From: Sminthopsis crassicaudata
Lineage: Eukaryota
Assembly (NCBI RefSeq): GCF_048593235.1
Contig: NC_133618.1
Location: 578,912,889-578,976,888 of the forward strand
Direction of reading: 5' to 3'
DNA: 64,000 bases
In this document: positions 24,732 to 35,444 of the stretch, in pieces
Layout: each line of letters begins with the position of its first letter
Numbering within the stretch: position 1 is the first letter of the stretch
The notes under the pieces: model-generated
Told to the model about the DNA's origin: nothing
Seen by the model: the letters and a program-made list of their open reading frames with translations, nothing else
Database searches by the model: none
Translations under genes and position numbers: made by a program

Positions 24732-27700
24732 TATATACGTATGCACGCTCTCATGCATATGAAAGTAAACTAGCTTAAGCTTTCCTCTTCTCCTGATTAT
24801 ATTGGAAATACCTTTTAGTATTTTTCCATTACAGATAATTCTTAGGAAATGTTAATGTTTTTGAGAAAAGGTCTTTCCTATATTTTCTAGGTATCATTCT
24901 TTTCTAAACATAAATGAATATTGTATTTGTAGTTTCCTAATACTGAACATTCTTTGCATACCTGAATTAAATCCAACTTGTTCATAAGGACAGTCTTTTG
25001 AATATATATTGCTGTCACCTCTTTGCTAATATTTTATTGGCTATTTTTTGTATAAATATTAGAGATAGTCTATTGTGTTTTTTTTTCTGATTTATCTCTT
25101 ACCTGTTTAGATATCAAAGCCATATTTTATGAAAAAGATCGTGTAGTCCATTCATGACATTTTATAGATGAGGAAACACTTTTTCTTTTTTCTGTGTCAC
25201 ATTCTTCCACTCTATTCTCTTTACAAAGTTTAGGATTTTTCTCAACTCCAAATATTCTTTAAGTCTTCCTTTCATTTTCAGAATGAATACTTCATTCTCT
25301 ATGATGTGTAATCATCTAGTCTTAGTGCCATCATAGTACAAATTTAAGACCATATTTTTCCAAGGGGAGAAAAAGAATTTTGTTTTGTTTTCTTAAATGC
25401 TTTAAAAGAAAATACAGGCTTTTATTTAGCTTGTGTAGAATTATTGACATGAGCTGGAACAAACCATTCTCATTCTAGCATTATGAAGGGGTTCCTTAGG
25501 AGTGAATAGGAGTGGGATGAAGGTACAGTATATGACCTGGTAGTATATTTAAGGGGGCATTCAAACTGGCTTCTCCCATTAATAACTAAGACCATTTTCT
25601 TTGCTTCTCTGCCTATGTGTAAACAGTGAGCTGAAGAAAGACATCAGCAGTGACCCCAGCGCTCATTGCTCTAGCCCCACAGAGAAGCTCAAACAATATC
25701 TTCCTGGCCAGACAGTGGTCTGTTTTATGAGAAAGGTGAGATGAATATCCCTGTACTAGGATACTCTCTTTGGAGGGAGAGAGGAGGGGAATTGGGAGGT
25801 GATTGGGGGGGAAGGGGGGAGAAGACCAAACCAGAAACATAGTCCTAAGACATCTTGGGGGCATCTCGTAAGTGTTGGCATCCAACTTTGCTTAAGAATA
25901 AAAAGGGAGGATAATGTGTTCCGTGCACCTTTTGAGTTTAAAGTCTGAGTAGGGGCATAAACTCAGACATGAAGAATTTCAGTGCTCAGCCATGTAGTGT
26001 ACAGACTATATACCTGCTGGAGAATGTCAGAGGAGGCTATGGAGAGTGGGCAGAAGCACTTGGGGAAAGCTAATAACACTTTTACTGAACTGCTAATGCA
26101 GATCCAGGCAGATCCTTGATGTGCTTCTGGAAATAGATACTTCTATACTTTAGGGTATTCCCACACTATGAATTGCAGTCCGTCTGTGCCTGCTTACGTT
26201 GTATCACTTGAAGCACAGTATTTAAAATGAAATCCCTAAAGGGAGACAGTAAATGGTAGAGAAGATGAGACTGATAGGTCCATGGTATTCCCATTTGAAG
26301 GAATTGGATATAGTTCCAAGAGTTTATGTCATTTACAACACAGCAAAAAGGGAGAAGACTCATGAACTCTTCCTTTTTCTGTTTTTCTCCTCCCTACCCA
26401 CACTTGTCTTCCAGTTCAACATGATCAAAAAATGGCTTGAAGTGGAGATAACTCCTGATATCCGGGGAAGAATCCCTCAGCTGTTGACTTCTCTCAGTTT
26501 CAAGGTCCGTCTGTTACCTGTGGGCTGAAGTCTTGGGGACTCCTAGCCTCCAGGAGCATTTATAATGTATATTATATACAGTACTAGAGAACTCTTATGG
26601 TACTTAGAGAACAGGGAATAATAAGGGGTGTCTATCCTTGCTGGTTTTCTGAATTTCCATTTGGGGAAAGAACAAAAAAGTTTTTCTCTCTCCTTTATTA
26701 GCTTCCATAATATTGCTTCTCTGCCATCTATCTGACCATCCTTCTTAGTCTGCAAGCATGAATTGCCCCCAAGCCCTCTCTTCTTTCTCCTTTTTCTCCC
26801 TTAATGCTTTTAGCCACTCATGGATTCAAGTGACACAAAACTTAACATCTCTCCATTCAGCTTCATTGTCCCCTAAACCCTTTCACCAGTTGGTCATTAG
26901 CACTTAGATGTAGGCCAGCACCTCCCATTCACCAGGTCCAGAGTTTGACTCTTACTTTCAGAATGGTCCCTCTTATCACCTGGGGTCCCACACCATTCCT
27001 ACAACCACATGAATTTGAATACTGAAAAGTTATCTTTGACTTTTTTCTCCTTCAGGCCCACATTCAATCAGCTGCCTGATTCTCCCTCCTCTTTTTGGAT
27101 CTGTCTCCTCTCCAAACACACTGCCCACCCTGCTTGGTGGGTTGCTGTCCTTTGTTCTAGAAGAGGAGGGAACGGACCTCACTGTGTTAGAGTTGAGTCA
27201 CAGTGTGTCCGATTGGCTGATCAGACCAGTATGAGCTCTGAATGCTCAGCCACAGGTTGGCCACAAAAAGTCTCTATGAACATTTGGAGTGGATTCTCTA
27301 GCTTTGTGCATCTCATATTTCTTCTGAGCAAATTCAGGTTCTCATCACCTCTTACCTAGATATTATAAGAGTGTCTTAACTGGTCTTCTTGCTCCCAAGC
27401 CTTTTTCTTTTGCAGTCTATCTGCCCTATCGCTTCCAAAATAATTTTCCTAAGACCAGAGGTCTTACCTTCTCACCAGTCAGAACCTTCTGTGGTTTCCC
27501 ATTCCTGTGAGAGAAAATGCAGGTCTTTTTTTGGGGAGAGTGAGTCACGTAAGACCCTACACAATTGAACTCAAAATATTTTTCCTGATTTATTTCTCAC
27601 TACCTGCTTGCCATGGTCATTGCAAAGATTAGATTATGTTCAAGCATATAGGGCTAGCTACTATTGTCTGAACGTGACATTGTGTCCCAACATTTAGAGT

Positions 27701-30700
27701 GTATTCCTCCCCCTCTTTATCATTCAATGTCCTTTTCTTCTTTAGCTTGGTTCTTTCTTTTTCTCTTCCTACCTTCTCACTCCCCTTCCCTCCTTCATCT
27801 CCTCCCATTGCTCCCTGTCTTGTCTCTTCTGTCATTTGTCTCTTATATGTGTCTTCCTTTTCTCTGGTAAGCTTCACAAATGTAGGGATTATATTTCAAA
27901 TTAAAAAAAAAAAAAAAAAAAAGCACAACAACTTTTAGCACCAAGCATACTGCTTTGCCCAAAGCAAAGCTTTGTTGAATTAAATCAGGGTTCTCTTTCA
28001 TCTAGGTTCTGAAGCATCCAGAGAAGAAATTCAAAATTGGCCAAGCCCTAAGTGCTACAGTAGTTGGCCCAGAATCCTCGAAGGGATTCCTTACTTTGTC
28101 TCTCATAGGTATGGTGATGAAATGACTCCTGACTGGGTCAGGAAGGTGATCTCCAACCCATTTGGGCAGAATGGGGGATAGGGCTTATAGCCCTCTTTGG
28201 GGGAAGAGTTTAATGTGGGCCCCCACTCCTGCTTTTAGCCATTGGTTGCTTTTAATGGTTACTAGACTATGATTCTGGAAACATGAGCCTGGCCTTGAGT
28301 TGGAGGAGAAGCCTAATCTTCACCTGCCCCCTCCTGACCTGACCTCACCTGGTCTGCTTTGCAGCCATTGCCCTTTCTCTCGTCTGAGTCCAGTACTCCC
28401 CTCCCAGGTCCTCACAGGTTGGAAGAAGGAGAAGTAGCCATGGGCCGCGTGGTGAAAGTGATCCCTAAGGAGGGGCTGCAAGTCCTCTTTCCCTTTGGGA
28501 CAATTGGGAAAGTTAGCATCTTTCACCTGAGTGACTCTTACCTTGAAGCGCCCCTGGAAGGCTTCCACCCTGAGAAAATCGTCCGGTGAGTCTGATTCGG
28601 CTTTGCTCTCTGCCTATCTCCTGTTGTGCTCCCTTCTCCAGTGCTTCTTGTGTCTTAGCCCTGTCTCACCAGTGAGAATGCCCAACCCCAGGGCCATGGC
28701 ATGCTGAGGATAGGTAGGCCTCAATCGGAGCCCAGAGCAGTGCCTTAGCCTGAGGAATCAGCATGGTCTAGAGCAGAGTTGGGTGTGGAGGCCACTTTTA
28801 AGTTCCTTTGTTATGCCATGTAAGCAAAATTCTGCAGTCACAAAGAATAGGAAATGACATAAATAACTAACATTGACTGAGAGCACTTTAATGTTGCACA
28901 GTGCTTTAGCCAGAAGGCATTTATTGAGTGCTTATTGTGTGTACAAAGAAAGGCAACATCCCCTTCCTCCCAAAAAACAACCCTCCCCCACTCAAGGTGC
29001 TTACTTTCTGATGGGGAAGACTAGGGGCCAAGCACTATGTATGTCCAAGATATGTACAGTGTAACTGGGAGGTAATCTGGGACGGTCCCCACAGGGAAGG
29101 ATGGGAAAGTCCCTTTGTAAAAGGTGGGGTTTGAGCTGTCTTGGTGAAAGCCATCAGGAGAGGGCTCTTTAGGCTTGAGGGGCCCAGGTGGCAGATGCTC
29201 CTCTGGGTTCAAGGTGCAGTGGGAAGGCTGGCATGGCCAGGTTAGGAGGAGAAAGGAGCAGCTTGTCAGGGGCTGTCAAGCCGAACACAGGACTTTAGAT
29301 CTGATTCTGGGGGTCACAGGGAGCCCCTGGGGGAGGAGGAGGGGTCTAGACCAGGGCAACCCAGACTCTACATGCAAGGCCGTGTTGTGGTTGCCAGCCT
29401 TGTCTAGTGTTTGAGTCCTTCAGAGAAGCATAGGCCTAACTGGGCACCCACCAAACTGTGGGTCTCATTGTTTCCCCCCCTCTCTCGCAGGTGTTGTGTG
29501 CTCTCCACCAAAGACCCCGTGCTGACTCTGTCACTGAGACAGTCCAGGTAGACTCTTTGATGGGGGCAGGGATGGGGGGACAGGATCAGGGGATCACTCT
29601 CTTCTCTTGATCAGTTTTCCAAGTTGGAGAAATCTGATTTCAGCTCCTTGGCTCCTTGTACTTCTTTTTTGGTCCTTCTACTTTTCAAGGCTTTTTTTCC
29701 TCAAAGACAGGGGTAGTCTGAGCTGCTTGGATTCAGGGGGTCAGAAAAACAGGAGAGTACAAGATGAAGATAAAATTAGTCTGCAGTCTGTGGGCAGTTT
29801 TCTTAGTGATTAGAATGTGATGCTGATAACACCAGGGTTAGGGTTCAAGTTTTTTCTGTTCAGTTAATATTAAGTGCCAGGCACTTAGGGATACAGTGAC
29901 AAAAACCAAAATCATCTCTGCCTTCAAGGACATTGTCTGGAGGGATAGGTAAAATAAAGTAAATATAAATGACAAACTGCTCACAGAAGAAGATTCTAGC
30001 AGGGACTGAGCCTTGAAAAAGAGCTGGAAATCAGAGACAGATATGTGTCAGGGGTATGACAGAGGATAGGGATGGAAGGTGGGATGTTCAGTACCAGGGA
30101 CTCTTAAAAGTGGGCCACAGAATGCTGACCTAGAGGAGTAATGGGGATCGGGGTGGGGTGTCAAATAGAGCAGCCTGGGAAGATGGACACAAAGATTGGG
30201 TGGAGTAGTTAAGCCCTCTTCCCTTTCTTCTCTCTGTTCCTCACCCATTTTTTTAGGACAAACCCCAGGATGAAAAACAAAATAGAAGATCCTGAAGTGA
30301 ATTCAATCAAGAACATTAAAGTAGGGCAGTGTTTACGGGGCTACGTGGAGGCCGTCAAGAAGCTGGGGGTGCACTTCCGGTGAGAAGTACAGTGTCTTCT
30401 TGTCTGCCTTTTCTAGGACTATTATCTTTGGTCTCCAGACCTCTTTTTAGGAGTTCCTCATTCATGACAGTTGCTGTATGGCCCTAGTTGGGAGGAAGAC
30501 TGTGTCCTCCCTATAGCTGCCTTTGGCTGTAAAATGAGTCCTTCCTATTTTGAAGGCACTGAAGGGGTCTTTGCCCCATCTTAGGCTTTGCCTGAGTTGT
30601 CCCATTGCTCCAACATGTCCCCCTTGTCTTTGCTTTTTTTATAGCATTGGTCCCACACTTGTGGGTCGGGTCAAGTACCGGCATGTTACCAAGTACTTTT

Positions 30701-33700
30701 TGTCTGACAAAACTTTGTACCAAACTTACCTCCCAGAAGGAAAGCTGCTTTCTGCCAAGGTCTTGAGGTAGGTATGGAAACAGAGGTCCAGGCTGTGCTG
30801 TGCCACAGCCCCAAGGCTGTACACCTTGGTACACACAGCCCTCTTAAAGGCAGGCCCCCTTTCTGGTAAATACCTGAAGAGATGCAGCCCTGGGTGGGGG
30901 GGGTGAGAACAAGGTCTTCCCTCTGCCCAGCGGCCTCTGGCTGGTCTGGACACTTGGCCCCGCTGTCTGCCACAGCCTTCGGGCTCCATGCCAGCCTTGC
31001 TCCCTCCAACAGGAGAAGGCCCACGGGCCATGAACATGAAGGTTCTCAGTCAGGTCTGCTCGAGCTCAGGCCCATGAAAGGTGGTTTTGGTCTTGGTTCC
31101 TGGTCATTCTTCCTCTTTCCTCTCTCATTGGCCTTGTTGTGGTCCCTCTCTGCCCCTCCAGGGTGAAACGGAAGCAGAATCTGGTGTATCTGTCCTTCCT
31201 CCCCAAAGACACGGGCAAGCCCGATGTATTTCCCGACTCTTTGGGCCTGCCACTGCGGGACCAGGGCAAGGACTGGGTCAAGGAGGTGCCCAGCCCCCAG
31301 CCCAAGAAGAAGCAGAGACTGGAGGACAAGGAGGAGGAAGATGAGGGAGACTCCAGCACAAAACAGGAGGAGGAGAAGCAGCAGGAGTCAATGGCAAAGG
31401 CAGCAAACACAAGGAAGCGGAAGATGCCGGAGGTGGAACGAGAACAGGTACTTCCTTGTGTGGAGGAGATCCCTTTAAAAAGGAAACATGGAGAGCAAGA
31501 AGCTCGTGCTGGCCAAGGTGAAGACAAGCCCGGCCCTAGCCCCCGATGCCACGGAGTCTGCCCTGACAGGGCTTGGGGGACTGCCTGACGGCAAACACCA
31601 CGGTTCCTTCCACTCCCCTTCTTTGTGTTTTCCCAGGAGAGAGTGACCAAAAAGAAAAGGCCAAACCTCCCGCCTGAAGAAGATGATAGTGGAGTGGAAG
31701 TTAACTATAAGGAGGAGAAGAGGCTGAAACAGCCCAAGGTGAGAAAGGCTGGCCTCTGATTGGGGGGTGGTTCAGAGACCTGGGCCTTCTCCCAGCCAGG
31801 GCCTCTCAAACTGCCCCCTTCATCTCCTCATCTGTAAAAGGGTGGTAAAATTAGGGCGGCACACAGTTTCTCTGGGGTCTTGGCGTTTAACTAAACCTCT
31901 CAGACCAGAGGGTACAGTAGGAAGAATTCTGTAAATTAGTGAGAGCATCTGGGCATCCCTTGCTTCCCACACAATATTGGGCTCTGAGTCTGCCAGGACC
32001 TGGGCTCTGATCTCACCCCCTCCTTGCTGGGCCTAGTATCCTCACCAGTGTTGTGCCAGCTTAAAGCTCCATTTGTGCGGATTCCAGAGATGAAGCTGAA
32101 GTAGCCTCTATCACCAGTGGGGCCGGCGGGCTCTCTGCACATTGCCACATGCACACCAGGGCTCTGGGAGAGCCGCCATCTTATCTGGGCCTCTGCTCCG
32201 GTAGTCAGCAGACGGAGGGGCTGGGGTGGCCCAGAAGATTGGGGCGGCCTTGGGGCTCGGCCTCACATGCTCTCTGGTTCTCACAGCAGAAGCAGACCAA
32301 GCCCACAGAAATTCCCAGGCTGCAGCTGTCTTCGGGCTTTGTGTGGGATGTGAGTCTGGACATGCTTGCCCCGGCCGCACCGCCCCGAGAGGAGAGTTCG
32401 GACAGTGAAGAGGAGTCGTCGAACCAAGCCACGGTTTGGTCTTTCCCCGGGGCTTTTTTTAGAGGGTCTCTCCAAGGAATGCTTCCTGAAGCCAAGCCTT
32501 GTGGTGGGAGGGCCAGGCCAGTGTCGAGAGGCCTTGTGGCCTCCCCAGGGTGGATGGGAGCCGAGCCTCAGATGCCACTACTTACCCTCACCTGCTTCTC
32601 TGTAGCTGAAGAAGAAAAGCAAGAAGGACAAGGAGCTGGAGAAGCAGCAGGCAGAGAAGGAGCTGGCACGCATCGAAACAGCCTTGATGGACCCCAATTG
32701 GCAGCCCGAGACCGCCGATGACTTTGACCGCCTGGTCCTGAGCTCCCCCAACAGCTCCATCCTGTGGCTGCGGTACATGGCCTTCCACCTGCACGCCACA
32801 GAGATTGAGAAAGCCCGGGCGGTGGCCGAGAGGGCCCTTAAGTCCATCTCTTTCAGGTAAAGTGGCTCCCCGGGGAGAGTTGTAGATAATTCCAATACAT
32901 AGTAGGTTGTGATCAATTGGTAAGAGATTCAGGCTCTGCTGGTTTGGAGGAAGAAGGAGAGTTAGGGTTTATGTTCAAGAGTTGACATCCTGCTTGACTC
33001 TAACTGAATCTCTCTCAATGCCTTCAGGGAAGTCTGTTTTGGGATCCACCAGGGCATAACAGAGCCCCGCCCACAGCCAGGGAATCTAGGAGCTAGGCTT
33101 TTTTGCAGACTTTTGGGGGGGGCAGTGATTACTCAAGCTCGATTCCCTGACATTGAGAAGGCCTGAGGGCCTTAGGAGGGATGGTTGTGATCTGTATTTC
33201 AGCCGTTGAGGTGAAAGAGGCCCTCTGGAACAAAGAGTTTTGATCCTTTTGTTTTCTCCTTCCCCCCCAGAGAAGAGCAGGAGAAGCTAAATGTGTGGGT
33301 GGCCCTGATGAACCTAGAGAATATGTATGGCTCCAAAGAGACGCTGAGCAAGGTCTTTGAGCGGGCTGTGCAGTATTGTGAGCCCCTGAAGGTCTTCTTC
33401 CAGCTGGCTGACATCTACAGCAAGTCAGAGAAGTACCAAGTGTGTTCCCCTTTAAGCCCCAGAAGAGTATCTGCCCCATCCCTGCTCCAGACAGCATCTG
33501 CCCAGAATCTGCAGGCCTTCCCTTCTCACTGTAACAGTTCTGGGTCCCAGCACGCCTGTCTACAGCATGGCAAGAATAGGTCCTTCCTTTTAGAGGTTAA
33601 GTATATTGCTGGATGGGGAAATTATTTGGAGACAAGATTCCAGGCGTCCCTAGTGTACCCCAGATGTCCCTGAGCTTGCGCATTGCAAACTGGTGGTGGT

Positions 33701-35128
33701 ACTGTAGTAGTTGAGAAACACCTCTCAAAAAGTGAGCACTCTCCTGCCCCTTCCCAGCCCCCAACCGTGGGGTAGGCCCCCCTGGTCCTCTGTTCACCTT
33801 CTCGGTTTCCCCAGGCTGCCGAAGAGGTCTACAATCAGATGCTGAAACGTTTCCGACAAGAGAAGGCCGTCTGGGTCAAGTACGGCTCCTTCCTCCTTCA
33901 GAGGGGAAAAGCTGAGGCCTGCCACGACCTGCTGCCGCGGGCCTTCAGTTGTCTGCCACAAAAAGAACGTAAGGCCTCTTGGTCCCTCTTATCCCTCTTT
34001 CCCTTCCCCATGTAACTTCTGGAGGACCTCCCTCCTGCTTGGCATGGGGCAGCCCTTGTCAGGATAATTCTCATGTAGTTCTTGGTTTTACATAGAAGGA
34101 CAGAATGGCAGTGGGCGTTCCCAGACTTCCCATTCCCAGATGAGGATAACAGAATTAAATCTGATTCTGAGCTTCTTTGTTGAGATGGGTTTAGATAAAG
34201 GGGCCCAGTGTTCAATGATGTTGGGACCCTTCCCTGATGCTGCCTTCCCCACCCTTCACACCTTGTAATCCCAAATTGTGCTTGTCCTTCTAGAAAGGAC
34301 TGGGATCTTGGGACCAGAGATGAGGTGTGGACACCCTCCCCATCATCTTGGACTCAGTCTCATAAAGAAAGGGTTCTGGCCAGCAGGATATGTGTCTGAG
34401 CTCCCCTTGCCGTTGCAGATGTGGACGTCATCTCCAAATTTGCCCAGCTTGAGTTTTACCTGGGGGATGCTGAACGAGGCAAGGCCATGTTTGAGAGCAC
34501 TCTGAATAGCTACCCCAAGCGCACAGACGTCTGGTCCATCTACATCGATATGCTCATCAAGTTTGGGAACCAGAAGGAAGTGAGGTAAGTAGAGGGCTAA
34601 GAGGACTCATTCTTTTCCTCAGAAGGCGATTTTGTCCAACAGGGAGGAGGCCCCCTGATAATTATCTGTGCCTCAGCTTTAATTTCTAGCACCTTCATTT
34701 TTCCCTGGCATCCTCCTCATGGATGGGGCATGGTGGGGGCTGCCTTGCATGAAGTCACTTGACTAGTTGGGGCAGAGCTGCGACTGGGATGTAGGGCTGT
34801 CTTTGTCCTAGGACTCCATCCCCCAGACCCAGCAGCTCCCCTCTCAGTTTACTTGGGGTAAGGCCAGGTTTTGCCAGAATTCTCCAAATTTTAACAAATC
34901 ATGGCTGTGGAGGGCCAATCCCCCATTTCCCTGAACTCCCTATTTTTGTGACCCAGGGATGCCTTTGAGCGAGTGGTACACTTGAGTCTGTCCCCCAAGC
35001 GGATGAAATTCTTCTTCAAACGGTACCTGGACTATGAGAAGCAGCATGGCACAGCTGAGACGGTGCAGGCTGTCAAGGAGAAGGCCTTGAGCTACGTGGA
35101 GGCCAGGAGCACTCTTGCTGACAGCTAG
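1586..35128 (+). CDS. PDCD11: PDCD11 / RRP5 homolog (S1-domain array plus C-terminal HAT/TPR repeats; pre-rRNA processing), 35 coding exons, ~1856 aa
   Basis: Hand-spliced at GT-AG sites with consistent phases. Exon lengths sum to 5571 nt with no internal stop. Translation matches human PDCD11 throughout ([12 protein letters not shown]..., [42 protein letters not shown]). TAG at 35126-35128. Confidence 0.97.
2992..3123 (+). CDS. PDCD11: PDCD11 exon 3
   Basis: [14 protein letters not shown]...ILRIE; AG/GT flanks. Confidence 0.9.
3367..3399. repeat. Poly-T tract (33 nt) adjoining a MIR-like SINE remnant
   Basis: Seen directly. Confidence 0.9.
3534..3701 (+). CDS. PDCD11: PDCD11 exon 4
   Basis: [14 protein letters not shown]...EEPLE. 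Confidence 0.93.
4471..4626 (+). CDS. PDCD11: PDCD11 exon 5
   Basis: [20 protein letters not shown]...LKPGM. Confidence 0.93.
4732..4855 (+). CDS. PDCD11: PDCD11 exon 6
   Basis: [19 protein letters not shown]...KQKNK. Confidence 0.93.
5796..5977 (+). CDS. PDCD11: PDCD11 exon 7
   Basis: [11 protein letters not shown]...[13 protein letters not shown]. Confidence 0.93.
6437..6800. mobile_element. Two old hAT-Charlie-type MITE fragments (~6437-6600 and ~6641-6800)
   Basis: CAGGGGCTCTAAACC and GGCTTCTTAAACTTTTTCCACTC termini; the second resembles the element at 51732-52073. Confidence 0.55.
6878..9154 (+). mobile_element. L1-derived, ORF1-only element (HAL1-like), degraded, sense in PDCD11 intron 7
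   Basis: L1-like 5' UTR. ORF1p motifs [23 protein letters not shown] (7862-7930), KEKILQETR and [11 protein letters not shown] with stops. AATAAA 9125-9130 and A-tail. No ORF2 remnant seen. Confidence 0.7.
9797..9904 (+). CDS. PDCD11: PDCD11 exon 8
   Basis: [24 protein letters not shown]... Confidence 0.92.
10215..10370 (-). mobile_element. MIR-family SINE remnant
   Basis: ...TCTTGCCCAGGTCCAGACAGCT...GGATTGGAACTC... reverse MIR core. Confidence 0.55.
10927..11133 (+). CDS. PDCD11: PDCD11 exon 9
   Basis: [13 protein letters not shown]...DGSLAYAR. Confidence 0.93.
11341..11370. repeat. (TA)15 microsatellite
   Basis: Seen directly. Confidence 0.95.
12447..12571 (+). CDS. PDCD11: PDCD11 exon 10
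   Basis: [30 protein letters not shown]... Confidence 0.92.
12727..12787 (+). CDS. PDCD11: PDCD11 exon 11
   Basis: [20 protein letters not shown]. Confidence 0.92.
13063..13209 (+). CDS. PDCD11: PDCD11 exon 12
   Basis: [11 protein letters not shown]...[14 protein letters not shown]...VKCR. Confidence 0.93.
13514..13765 (+). CDS. PDCD11: PDCD11 exon 13
   Basis: [22 protein letters not shown]...FYVGQ. Confidence 0.93.
14287..14418 (+). CDS. PDCD11: PDCD11 exon 14
   Basis: [20 protein letters not shown]...KVGQ. Confidence 0.92.
15120..16150 (-). mobile_element. Two antisense L1 3'-end fragments (~15120-15300 and ~15525-16150)
   Basis: T-rich tails; L1 ORF2 C-terminal remnant translated on - ([11 protein letters not shown]...[24 protein letters not shown]). 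Confidence 0.75.
16257..16451 (+). CDS. PDCD11: PDCD11 exon 15
   Basis: LVDVKVKKK...[13 protein letters not shown]; followed by U12-type donor GTATCCTTT. Confidence 0.92.
16452..17030 (+). other. U12-type (minor spliceosome) GT-AG intron, PDCD11 intron 15
   Basis: 5'ss GTATCCTTT. Branch site TCCTTGAT 17010-17017, 13 nt upstream of the intron end. No real polypyrimidine tract. Confidence 0.9.
17031..17201 (+). CDS. PDCD11: PDCD11 exon 16
   Basis: [13 protein letters not shown]...[12 protein letters not shown]. Confidence 0.93.
18198..18417 (+). CDS. PDCD11: PDCD11 exon 17
   Basis: [20 protein letters not shown]...RSLMSSR. Confidence 0.93.
18808..18957 (+). CDS. PDCD11: PDCD11 exon 18
   Basis: [13 protein letters not shown]...LKASRYHQG. 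Confidence 0.92.
19556..19671 (+). CDS. PDCD11: PDCD11 exon 19
   Basis: [17 protein letters not shown]...LVNRKSKQ. Confidence 0.92.
21346..21875 (+). CDS. PDCD11: PDCD11 exon 20
   Basis: [16 protein letters not shown]...[16 protein letters not shown]...VTARVIG. Confidence 0.94.
23376..23438 (+). CDS. PDCD11: PDCD11 exon 21
   Basis: [20 protein letters not shown]. Confidence 0.88.
24691..24724. repeat. (AC)17 microsatellite
   Basis: Seen directly. Confidence 0.95.
24780..25130 (-). mobile_element. Degraded L1 ORF2 fragment
   Basis: Antisense L1-like stretch (TTTGCATACCTGAATTAAATCCAACTTG...TTGCTAATATTTTATT). Confidence 0.5.
25627..25735 (+). CDS. PDCD11: PDCD11 exon 22
   Basis: ELKKDIS...[18 protein letters not shown]. 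Confidence 0.9.
26415..26504 (+). CDS. PDCD11: PDCD11 exon 23
   Basis: [30 protein letters not shown]. Confidence 0.93.
26780..27970. mobile_element. Old L2 LINE fragments
   Basis: L2-like pyrimidine-rich stretches and 3'-tail-like TTTGTTGAATTAAAT. Confidence 0.45.
28006..28108 (+). CDS. PDCD11: PDCD11 exon 24
   Basis: [22 protein letters not shown]... Confidence 0.93.
28408..28585 (+). CDS. PDCD11: PDCD11 exon 25
   Basis: [17 protein letters not shown]...PEKIV. Confidence 0.93.
29491..29547 (+). CDS. PDCD11: PDCD11 exon 26
   Basis: [18 protein letters not shown]. Confidence 0.9.
30257..30379 (+). CDS. PDCD11: PDCD11 exon 27
   Basis: [30 protein letters not shown]... Confidence 0.92.
30645..30767 (+). 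CDS. PDCD11: PDCD11 exon 28
   Basis: [14 protein letters not shown]...[12 protein letters not shown]. Confidence 0.92.
31162..31447 (+). CDS. PDCD11: PDCD11 exon 29
   Basis: [22 protein letters not shown]...charged linker...VEREQ. Confidence 0.9.
31637..31738 (+). CDS. PDCD11: PDCD11 exon 30
   Basis: [25 protein letters not shown]...QPK. Confidence 0.88.
32287..32433 (+). CDS. PDCD11: PDCD11 exon 31
   Basis: [22 protein letters not shown]...ESSDSEEE. Confidence 0.9.
32606..32856 (+). CDS. PDCD11: PDCD11 exon 32
   Basis: [13 protein letters not shown]...[16 protein letters not shown]...ALKSISF. Confidence 0.94.
33271..33439 (+). CDS. PDCD11: PDCD11 exon 33
   Basis: [20 protein letters not shown]...SEKYQ. 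Confidence 0.94.
33815..33968 (+). CDS. PDCD11: PDCD11 exon 34
   Basis: [24 protein letters not shown]...LPQKE. Confidence 0.93.
34419..34584 (+). CDS. PDCD11: PDCD11 exon 35
   Basis: [12 protein letters not shown]...[14 protein letters not shown]... Confidence 0.94.
34957..35128 (+). CDS. PDCD11: PDCD11 exon 36 (coding part, stop)
   Basis: [31 protein letters not shown]...ADS*. Confidence 0.94.
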
Positions 35129-35382
35129 TGACTAGGCTGAGCCATACAAGGCATCTTCCTAGCCATCAGTCCTGGAGAGTGGACACAAGATGTATTTAAA
35201 ACCCACAGTGGGAGAGAGAGAGTGAGAGGATTTACTTCAGTGTTGTTTGTGTAAAGAACAGGAGTGACCTGCCCTTGTCAGAACTTGTATCTATGTGTGT
35301 CTGTGAGTGTATTGTTTCTCTGAACCTTATTTTTTGTTATAAGGCATGGTTGGGGGGAGGGTTGAGATGTTATATACTGTGA

Positions 35383-35388
35383 AATAAA
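35383..35388 (+). terminator. Likely PDCD11 poly(A) signal AATAAA (second AATAAA at 35451-35456)
   Basis: First AATAAA after the stop, ~255 nt downstream, preceded by UG-rich sequence. Confidence 0.65.
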
Positions 35389-35438
35389 GACGATATAAAA
35401 GCAAGAGATAAAAAAATTTTTTTAAGAGAAATGTTCAC

Positions 35439-35444
35439 TTTATT
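35439..35444 (-). terminator. Candidate CALHM2 poly(A) signal AATAAA (minus strand)
   Basis: TTTATT on +, ~1.95 kb downstream of the CALHM2 stop. Confidence 0.5.
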
